Shown: positions 46,721-53,833 of the stretch, one piece after another | Layout: each line of letters opens with the position of its first letter | Numbering within the stretch: the stretch's first letter is position 1 | Assembly: GCA_048501115.1 (NCBI GenBank) | Contig: DBFRZS010000024.1 | Location: 1,025 to 65,024, forward strand | DNA: 64,000 nucleotides | From: Collinsella aerofaciens | GTDB lineage: Bacteria > Actinomycetota > Coriobacteriia > Coriobacteriales > Coriobacteriaceae | Reading direction: 5' to 3' | Position numbers and translations under genes: made by a program | Notes under the pieces: generated by a model | Told to the model about the DNA's origin: nothing | Seen by the model: only the letters and a program-made list of their open reading frames with translations | The model's database searches: none

Positions 46721-46820
46721 CTTAGGGACGTTCCTTTTCTGCCGGCAGCTGGGGACACTCCTTGTAGCCATTGGGGACGTCCTTAAACGACTAGTCATTC
46801 AAGAACGTCCCCAATGACTA
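46721..46820. repeat. REP-like cluster: intact CTGCCGGCAG-centred unit (46721-46762) plus copy B of the 56-nt TAGYCATTGGGGACG palindrome (46765-46820)
   Basis: cttagggacgttccttttCTGCCGGCAGctggggacactcc corresponds to the sequence split by the IS at 32.9/34.5 kb. The second unit is near-identical to 24797-24852. Confidence 0.8.
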
Positions 46821-46877
46821 GGCGGGGAAGGCGTGCGACAATGGTGGACGTTGTGTTGTTCGCGCTAAGGAGTTGCC

Positions 46878-47693
46878 ATGTTGTTGTGTCCCGTTTGCCA
46901 TGAGCCGTTGGTGGACAATGAGCGCGGTGCTGCATGTGCGGGCGGACACCGGTTTGACCGTGCGCGCGAGGGCTATCTATATCTACTGCGCTCGTCCAAG
47001 AGCGGCGACTCCATGGGCGATCCCAAGTCACAGGCGCGCAGCCGTCGCGACTTTCTGAACCGCGGTTACTATGCGCCGTTGCGCGATACGATGGTCGAGC
47101 TCGTGCGCAAGCAGGTGTCTGGGCGCGCCGCGTTTACGAAAGATCCCATGACGCTGCTCGATATTTGCTGCGGTGAGGGCTACTACACCAGCGCCATGGG
47201 CGCGGTGCCGGGCGTGGATGCTTACGGTTTCGACTTGGGCAAAGAGATGGTTCGCCTGGCCGCCAAGCGCGGCGATGCGACCTATTTTGTGGCCAATATG
47301 AAGGATGTCCCCGTGGCCGATGGCGCCTTCGATATGGTGACCGAACTCTTTGCTCCCTTTAACGAGCGCGAGTTTGCCCGCGTGCTGGCGCCAGAGGGTT
47401 CACTCTATACCGTGGTACCGGGTGCTCGTCATCTCTTTGGGCTCAAAGAGGTGCTCTACGACACGCCGTACCTTAACGATGAGAAGCTGCCGAAGACCAC
47501 CGAGCTCGAGTTAGTCGGAACGCAGCGGGTGTCTGCGAATATTACGCTTAAGACCCAGGCCGACATCGAGGCGGTGTTCCAGATGACACCGTACTACTAC
47601 CGCACGCGCCCCGCCGACAAAGAGCGCCTGGCAAACCTCGATACCCTTCAGACTGACATCGACTTCATCATCGCCGAGTACCGCCACAGCTAA
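46878..47693 (+). CDS. rlmA: 23S rRNA (guanine(745)-N1)-methyltransferase RlmA-like
   Basis: N-terminal Zn finger LLCPVCHEPL...CAGGHRFDRAREGYLYLL, then the SAM-MTase motif LLDICCGEGYY. Confidence 0.8.
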   Translation: MLLCPVCHEPLVDNERGAACAGGHRFDRAREGYLYLLRSSKSGDSMGDPKSQARSRRDFLNRGYYAPLRDTMVELVRKQVSGRAAFTKDPMTLLDICCGEGYYTSAMGAVPGVDAYGFDLGKEMVRLAAKRGDATYFVANMKDVPVADGAFDMVTELFAPFNEREFARVLAPEGSLYTVVPGARHLFGLKEVLYDTPYLNDEKLPKTTELELVGTQRVSANITLKTQADIEAVFQMTPYYYRTRPADKERLANLDTLQTDIDFIIAEYRHS

Positions 47694-47750
47694 CAACCTG
47701 CCAAAAAGGGACAGGTTTATTTTGGTAGGTTTTATCTGGGCAAACGTAAA

Positions 47751-47785
47751 GGGCCGACCGCGGAGATGCGCGATCGGCCCTTTTT
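47751..47785. terminator. Bidirectional terminator between rlmA and the convergent membrane-protein gene
   Basis: GGGCCGACCGCG-gagat-GCGCGATCGGCCC followed by TTTTT (AAA on the other side). Confidence 0.65.
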
Positions 47786-47821
47786 AGTTGCTTGGCTGCA
47801 GAGGTTATGAGAAGCGAGCGC

Positions 47822-48223
47822 TTATAGGCGGTCCTTGTTCTCGGCTTTAACGGCGTGTGCCTGCTGAACAAAGAACAGGTCGTAGACCACGATGACAAAG
47901 GCGCCAAAGTTTATGGCGTCGCCGCCAAACGCGGGAAGCGTGAGCACCGCTTGGGCAAGCGTGGCGACCGCGGCAACAATACCGAGCTTAAACGCGCCGT
48001 CCACCTGCGAAGGCTTGTTGGCGCCCTTGATACCGGCGACGCCTGCGGCAAGGTCGACGAGACCCTTGGCGATAAGCACGACCGCCGCGAGCGTGGCGTA
48101 CGAACCGTACGTGGAATCGAGACCGCCCGTGGCGATACCGACGCCGGCGGTGACGAGGCTGGCGATGCCCAAAACAAAGTAGATGAGAGCAAGGATTTTG
48201 AGAGTCTTGCGAGTGAAGCTCAT
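47822..48223 (-). CDS. Hypothetical small membrane protein (4 TM)
   Basis: ATG 48221-48223 after AAAGGACC. MSFTRKTLKILALIYFVLGIASLV... is very hydrophobic with no known motif. Confidence 0.55.
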   Translation of the reverse strand: MSFTRKTLKILALIYFVLGIASLVTAGVGIATGGLDSTYGSYATLAAVVLIAKGLVDLAAGVAGIKGANKPSQVDGAFKLGIVAAVATLAQAVLTLPAFGGDAINFGAFVIVVYDLFFVQQAHAVKAENKDRL

Positions 48224-48456
48224 GGCTGGTCCTTTCGATACGAGTACGCCAACTTGGCGCACCCAATGTACTGCACATATGGTGAAGCACATTGTAGTTC
48301 AACGCAGCGATGCATGCGCCTGAAAGCGCTTTGAGCCCGCGCGGCCCAACCCAACCTTTCAAAAGGGAAAGCTGGACGTAAGCCAAATCGATGGCAGCTC
48401 ATGTGCGGCGCTGAGATGATGAGGCCGTAACAAGGAGCTGGTCTCAAGGAGGAGCC

Positions 48457-48600
48457 ATGATGTACGGAGCAGGGCAAGTGCGTGAGCCGCGGTCGTTGGG
48501 AAGGCGCATGGGTGATTCCGTGATCGCTGCTGTGTGCACGGGATTGATGGCGGTGCTTTGCATTGGGATGCTGTGGGCCATGTCGCATGTGGGACAATAG
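48457..48600 (+). CDS. Possible 47-aa single-TM peptide (absent from ORF track)
   Basis: Strong RBS AAGGAGGAGCC before ATG 48457. MMYGAGQVREPRSLGRRMGDSVIAAVCTGLMAVLCIGMLWAMSHVGQ*. No homology evidence is available. Confidence 0.3.
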   Translation: MMYGAGQVREPRSLGRRMGDSVIAAVCTGLMAVLCIGMLWAMSHVGQ

Positions 48601-48664
48601 CGGACGGTTGGGTGCCGACATAAACGGTGCCCTGCGTATTCGTTTTGCTTGTTAAGGAGTGTCC

Positions 48665-49369
48665 ATGGGCGTCGTCGATCCCTTATCTGTTGCTCGGGCC
48701 GCGGGGCTTGAGCTGATCGGGAAGCCCGAGGGCCTCACGCTCACCGACGGCACGATGGAGCTGCGCGCCGATTTTGGCCGCATGCTGCCGCGACTCAAGC
48801 AGGGCCGTCTGCAGCAAGAGCTGTTGGTAAAGGCTGCGCGCACAAAGGGCATCGAGCGACCATGGGCAATTGACGCTACGGCAGGCTTTGGCGAGGATTC
48901 GCTGCTGTTGGCGGCCGCGGGCTTTACCGTCGATCTGTATGAGCAGGACTGCGTGATCGCGGCGCTCCTTCAGGATGCTTTGGAGCGCGCGGCGGATGAT
49001 CCGGCGCTTGCGGCTGCCGTGGCACGCATGTGCTTACATGCGGGCGAGGACAGCATTGCGGGCCTTCGTCAAACCGTCGAGCTGGTCGAGCAGGGCGAGC
49101 TCGCAGCACCCGACGTGGTGTACCTGGATCCCATGTTTCCCGAGCGCACCAAGAGTGCAGCGGTCAAAAAGAAGTTCCAGCTCCTACATCATCTGGAGCA
49201 GCCATGCGCCGACGAGGAATCGCTGGTCGAGGCGGCGCTTGCTGTGCATCCGCGCAAGGTCGTTATCAAGCGGCCGGTAAAGGGCCCGCTGCTTGCCGGC
49301 GTTAAGCCGAGCTATCAACTTGCGGGCAAGGCCGTTCGCTACGATGTTTTGGTGCCGCCGCGCCCGTAG
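48665..49369 (+). CDS. rsmJ: 16S rRNA (guanine(1516)-N2)-methyltransferase RsmJ-family SAM methyltransferase
   Basis: AIDATAGFGEDSLLLAAAGFTV, VVYLDPMFPERTKSAAVKKKFQLL, RKVVIKRP. Collinear with E. coli RsmJ motifs. Confidence 0.8.
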   Translation: MGVVDPLSVARAAGLELIGKPEGLTLTDGTMELRADFGRMLPRLKQGRLQQELLVKAARTKGIERPWAIDATAGFGEDSLLLAAAGFTVDLYEQDCVIAALLQDALERAADDPALAAAVARMCLHAGEDSIAGLRQTVELVEQGELAAPDVVYLDPMFPERTKSAAVKKKFQLLHHLEQPCADEESLVEAALAVHPRKVVIKRPVKGPLLAGVKPSYQLAGKAVRYDVLVPPRP

Positions 49370-49417
49370 CTTGTGTGCGATTACCGGGGCTTCGCTAGTG
49401 CCGTGCCGATGCGGTCC

Positions 49418-49714
49418 CTATTTCCAAGGGTGCGACGTCAGGTGCCAGCCGCCGCAGTATTCGCATTTGTAGCAGGCCAGCCCGCGGCGTCCGCGGTTTT
49501 CGCAGTCGGCCATAACGGCTTCGGCCTCGGCGCGCGTGTCGTAACGGTTTTTGCGCTCGCACGACTTGTAGCGCCAGGCTTCATCGCGCTCGGCGTCTAG
49601 GGCGTCGCGGCGCTCGTCCTCGAGCGCAAACAGGTCGCTCATATCGCCGCCGGTAGCAGCGCCCAAAAACTCGCTTTTGGCCTTTGACCAGGCGGCTCGC
49701 TTTTTGCTTCCCAT
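49418..49714 (-). CDS. Hypothetical protein with C-terminal CxxC...CxxC-like zinc ribbon
   Basis: MGSKKRAAWSKAK...CERKNRYDTRAEAEAVMADCENRGRRGLACYKCEYCGGWHLTSH. No assignable family. Confidence 0.5.
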   Translation of the reverse strand: MGSKKRAAWSKAKSEFLGAATGGDMSDLFALEDERRDALDAERDEAWRYKSCERKNRYDTRAEAEAVMADCENRGRRGLACYKCEYCGGWHLTSHPWK

Positions 49715-49788
49715 CTGCTTCGCGCCTCTCTCCAAACGCTGGTATCATTGCTCAACCAAAGTGATACCAATAAACGTGAGGTCGCCGC

Positions 49789-50280
49789 GTGATGATCAGA
49801 AAAACCCTCGATACCGACATTCCCGCCGTCATGGCTATTTATGACGCGGCCCGCGCCTTTATGCGCGCGCATGGCAACGCCACGCAGTGGCCCGAGGGCA
49901 CGCCTTCGGCCGAGCAGCTGGCTGCCGATATCGCTGCCGGTGGCAGCTATGTGTGCGAAGTCGACGGCCGCGTGGTGGCGACGTTTGCCTTTTTACCGGG
50001 CCCGGACGAGTGCTATGACGTCATTGAGGACGGTCAATGGCGTAGCGACACTCCGTACGCCGTGCTGCACCGCGTGGCATCCGACGGCACCACGCATGGC
50101 GTTGCGGCCGCGATGTTTGCCTTTGCCAAGGAACGTATCGACCATCTGCGTATCGACACGCACCAAGACAACCTGCCTATGCAGGGCGCCATCGCCAAGG
50201 CCGGGTTTAAGCGCGCCGGTATCGTATATGTGTCGGACGGTACGCCGCGCGTCGCGTTTGATTGGCTGCGCGAGGCATAA
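49789..50280 (+). CDS. GNAT-family N-acetyltransferase
   Basis: 163 aa. IRKTLDTDIPAVMAIYDAAR..., and the C-terminal RIDTHQDNLPMQGAIAKAGFKRAGIVY is typical of the GNAT fold. Confidence 0.8.
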   Translation: MMIRKTLDTDIPAVMAIYDAARAFMRAHGNATQWPEGTPSAEQLAADIAAGGSYVCEVDGRVVATFAFLPGPDECYDVIEDGQWRSDTPYAVLHRVASDGTTHGVAAAMFAFAKERIDHLRIDTHQDNLPMQGAIAKAGFKRAGIVYVSDGTPRVAFDWLREA

Positions 50281-50314
50281 AGGCCGAGTCGCATACCAGC
50301 GTTTCACCGAAATG

Positions 50315-50341
50315 AAAATGGCCCCGAGTGGGGCCATTTTT
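50315..50341 (+). terminator. Rho-independent terminator after the GNAT gene
   Basis: AAAATGGCCCC-gagt-GGGGCCATTTT plus T. Confidence 0.8.
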
Positions 50342-50592
50342 GGTAAAACGCGTTGTTGTGGGGCTCGCGTTGTTATCGCCCCAGATGAGCCCGGGCAGAC
50401 AAAAAGGGGAGGTGCCGGCTTTCGCAAGGCGCGAACCTACGAAAATCGCCGCGCGGCAACGCGGGACGATGAGCTCGGTCGGGGGATAGGGCCCGCTTCG
50501 CCCGCCGGCCCGTAAATTGTATCATCCAGTGTGGAGCGTGAGTGCCCGTTGCCGCGTGCGATGGGCTTGTAGCTTGTAATAAGAGGAGAGCC

Positions 50593-52596
50593 ATGTCGAA
50601 GCAGGCAGTCGTTGGAATCTTGGCGCATGTCGATGCCGGCAAGACCACGTTGGCCGAGGCCATGTTGTTCAACGTGGGTCGCATTCGCAAGCGCGGCCGC
50701 GTGGACGATGGCGATTCGCATCTGGACACTAACGCGATCGAGCGCGAGCGCGGCATTACGATCTTCTCGTCGCAGGCCGTGCTCGACCACGGCGATACCC
50801 ACGTCATGCTTGTGGATGCGCCCGGCCACGTCGATTTTTCGGCCGAGGCGGAGCGCACGCTGCGCGCGCTCGACTATGCGATTTTGGTTGTGGGTGCCAA
50901 CGACGGCGTGCAGGGGCACACCGAAACCCTGTGGCGCCTGCTTGCGCGCTATGACATTCCGACGTTCATCTTTATCAACAAAATCGATTTGGAGAATCCC
51001 GGCCGCGATGTTTTGCTGGCACAGCTTGGGCAACGTCTTTCCGAGGGCTGCCTGGATGCCAGCGAACTGTTGGTGGGTGGTGCCGTTCAGGAGGACGCTG
51101 CTGCGTTGGACGAGGCGGCGCTCGAGGAGTTTCTCGACGCAGGGGAGCTTTCGACTGCCACGCTTTCGCGGCTGGTCGCAGAGCGAAAGTTGTTTCCCTG
51201 CTTTGCGGGCTCGGCGCTCAAGGACCAGGGTGTGGCAGAGCTACTCGACGGCATATGCGCTTTGATGCGCGAGCGAACATGGCCCCAGGAGTTCGCCGCG
51301 CGAGTCTACCGCGTGAGTCGTGGAGACCGTGGCGAGCGTCTTGCCTGGGTCAAGGTGACGGGCGGTGTACTGCGTGCAAAGCAAGTTGTCGAGGGATGCT
51401 CTGGCGCCTCCACTTGGGAGCAAAAGATCGACCAGGTGCGCATCTATAACGGCGAGAAGTATGAGCTTGCCCAAGAAGTTGCTGCTGGCGGTATTTGTGC
51501 CGTGACGGGCCTTGCGCACGTTCGCCCAGGGGATGCCTTGGGGGCGGAGCCCGTGGGCGATGCGCCTGTCATCGCTCCGGTCCTCACCTATACGGTGCTT
51601 CCGGGCGAACACGATGTCCACGCGGTGTTCAAAGCGCTGACTGAGTTGGCGGACGAGGATCCCATGCTCGGCGTAAGCTGGAACACTCATCTTGAGCAGA
51701 TTCATTTGCAGTTGATGGGCGCCGTGCAACTTGAGGTCGTGCAGCAGGTGTTGGCCGATCGCTTTGGCCTTTCGATTGCGTTTGAGCCCGGCGGTATTCT
51801 CTATAAGGAGACTATTTCGCAGCCGGTCGAGGGCGTGGGCCACTTTGAGCCGCTGCGCCACTATGCCGAGGTGCATCTGCGCCTGGAGCCGTTGCCAGCG
51901 GGTTCGGGCGTGCAGTTTGGCACCGTGGCCTCGACCGACGAGCTCGATCTTAACTGGCAGCGTTTGGCACTCACCAACGCCATGGAGCGCGATCACCTGG
52001 GCGTGCTGACCGGCTCGCCCATCACCGATGTGCGTATTACGCTCACGGGCGGCCGTGCGCATGCCAAACACACCGAGGGCGGCGACTTTCGCCAGGCCAC
52101 GTACCGCGCGATTCGCCAGGGTTTGATGCAGGCGCGTGAGGTCGGCGCGGCGGTGCTGTTGGAGCCGTGGTACCGCTTTGAGCTCGAGGTGCCGGGGGAG
52201 TGCGTGGGTCGGGCGCTCTCGGATGCTACGCGCATGGGTGCCGAGTACGAGCCGCCGACGATGGCGGGAGACCGGGCGAAGCTTGTGGGTCGCGTGCCGG
52301 CATCCGAGGTGCAGGACTATGCCCTGGAGGTAGCTGCCTACACGAGCGGTCGCGGGCATCTGTACCTGGAGTTCGCCGGCTATGCGGCTTGCCATGATGC
52401 CGAGCGCGTCATCGAGACGGCCGCCTATGAGCCCGAGGCCGATCTGCCCAACACGCCCGATTCGGTCTTTTGCTCTCACGGCGCCGGTTACACGGTCAAA
52501 TGGTACGACGTCCCCGCCGCGGCGCACGTAAAGGTCGATCCCGCCACCTTCCGCCCCTGGCGAGCAGCAGACGCGGAGTTTTTCTGCCGTAGGTGA
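50593..52596 (+). CDS. Translation-factor GTPase, TetM/TetO-like (EF-G-related ribosomal-protection architecture)
   Basis: ATG 50593 after AAGAGGAGAG. GILAHVDAGKTTLAEAML, DAPGHVDF, NKIDL. By eye it is collinear with TetM through domains II-V (e.g. LFPCFAGSALKDQGV vs LFPVYHGSAKNNIGI). Confidence 0.8.
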   Translation: MSKQAVVGILAHVDAGKTTLAEAMLFNVGRIRKRGRVDDGDSHLDTNAIERERGITIFSSQAVLDHGDTHVMLVDAPGHVDFSAEAERTLRALDYAILVVGANDGVQGHTETLWRLLARYDIPTFIFINKIDLENPGRDVLLAQLGQRLSEGCLDASELLVGGAVQEDAAALDEAALEEFLDAGELSTATLSRLVAERKLFPCFAGSALKDQGVAELLDGICALMRERTWPQEFAARVYRVSRGDRGERLAWVKVTGGVLRAKQVVEGCSGASTWEQKIDQVRIYNGEKYELAQEVAAGGICAVTGLAHVRPGDALGAEPVGDAPVIAPVLTYTVLPGEHDVHAVFKALTELADEDPMLGVSWNTHLEQIHLQLMGAVQLEVVQQVLADRFGLSIAFEPGGILYKETISQPVEGVGHFEPLRHYAEVHLRLEPLPAGSGVQFGTVASTDELDLNWQRLALTNAMERDHLGVLTGSPITDVRITLTGGRAHAKHTEGGDFRQATYRAIRQGLMQAREVGAAVLLEPWYRFELEVPGECVGRALSDATRMGAEYEPPTMAGDRAKLVGRVPASEVQDYALEVAAYTSGRGHLYLEFAGYAACHDAERVIETAAYEPEADLPNTPDSVFCSHGAGYTVKWYDVPAAAHVKVDPATFRPWRAADAEFFCRR

Positions 52597-52625
52597 TAGA
52601 AGGGCGGCCCCTTTGTTACCTGCTG

Positions 52626-52658
52626 TTGGTATAACTCGGTATAAGTTGGTATAACTAT
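52626..52658 (+). promoter_or_regulatory. Three tandem 10-nt repeats (GGTATAA core) upstream of ATPase paralogue 2
   Basis: ttGGTATAActc GGTATAAgtt GGTATAActa, with cores at 52628, 52638 and 52648. Confidence 0.4.
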
Positions 52659-52689
52659 AGGCAGGGTTTGCCAATCCGAGGAGGCCGAT

Positions 52690-53808
52690 ATGAATCCAAA
52701 TCCCTTTAAGCCCACGGCTGGCAAGCGGCCTCCGATACTCATCGGTCGCGAGTCGGTCATCGAGGATTTTGAGGAAGGACTCGACAACGGCGCTGGAGCG
52801 CCGGGCAGGCTCATGCTCATTACGGGAAATCGCGGCTGCGGCAAGACGGTTCTCCTGCGGGAGCTGCAACGTCTAGCCAGCGAGCGCGGATGGGCGGTTG
52901 TCTCCGATTCCGCGTCGCTTGGCTTATGCGACCGCTTGGCCGATGCGCTTCGATCGAATAAACCCGTTGTGACGTCAATGGAGTTCGGTCCGTCGTTTGG
53001 TCGGACGTCGGTCGAGGCGGCGCGGGCAAAGGGCGAAACGTTGCGGGGGCTGGTCAACGAGCGCCTCAAGAAGCTCGGTCCAGGCAAGGGCATATTGTTT
53101 GCGATTGACGAGGCGCAATCTGCGTCTATCGAGGAACTGGCGGCTCTTGCCGTTCTCTATCAGCAGGTGCTCGGAGACCAGGATGCCACGGGATTGCCCG
53201 ATAGCGACCAGCGCGGTCTTGCGCTGGTGTTCGCCGGCTTACCCAGTATGGTTGACGATCTGCTCGAAGAGCCGAGCGTGACGTTTTTGCGGCGTGCCCA
53301 GCAGCGTACGCTGGGGGCGATATCCTTGCCCAAGGTGCGTGATTCGTATATCCAGACGGTCAAAGACGCTGGTCTTCACGTTGACGCGGAGACGGCGGAC
53401 CTTGCGGCACACAAGAGCATGGGGCATCCCTACATGGTTCAGCTGGTGGGCTATTACATGTGGCGGTCTGCTGTTCGACGCGGCTCGCAGGTCATCGAAA
53501 GGCGCGATGTCGAGGATGGCCATGCGGATGCCGTCTCCGAGTTCTACGAAGCGGTTGACGCGCCCCTGTATTACGGGCTGCGCAGTCCACAGCGCCTTTT
53601 TATCGAGGCTATGGCGGTTGACGAGAACAAACCGACGCGCATGGCGGATATCATTGAGCGTTGTGATCGTACCCAGAGCTGGGCGAGTAAATATCGCGCA
53701 AGCCTGATTCGCGAGCGCGTCATCGAGGCTGCCGGATACGGCCTCGTCCGGTTTACCGTGCCCATGCTGGGCGAGTATATTCGCGACCGCATTTTATGGC
53801 ATGAGTAG
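52690..53808 (+). CDS. AAA-type ATP-binding protein with C-terminal winged-helix domain (paralogue 2 of 3, divergent)
   Basis: MNPNPFKPTAGKRPPILIGRE..., Walker A GNRGCGKT, Walker B ILFAIDEA, HPYMVQLVGYYMW shared with paralogues 1 and 3. Confidence 0.8.
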   Translation: MNPNPFKPTAGKRPPILIGRESVIEDFEEGLDNGAGAPGRLMLITGNRGCGKTVLLRELQRLASERGWAVVSDSASLGLCDRLADALRSNKPVVTSMEFGPSFGRTSVEAARAKGETLRGLVNERLKKLGPGKGILFAIDEAQSASIEELAALAVLYQQVLGDQDATGLPDSDQRGLALVFAGLPSMVDDLLEEPSVTFLRRAQQRTLGAISLPKVRDSYIQTVKDAGLHVDAETADLAAHKSMGHPYMVQLVGYYMWRSAVRRGSQVIERRDVEDGHADAVSEFYEAVDAPLYYGLRSPQRLFIEAMAVDENKPTRMADIIERCDRTQSWASKYRASLIRERVIEAAGYGLVRFTVPMLGEYIRDRILWHE

Positions 53809-53833
53809 GGTGATAAAGGTGACGGAACAGAAG

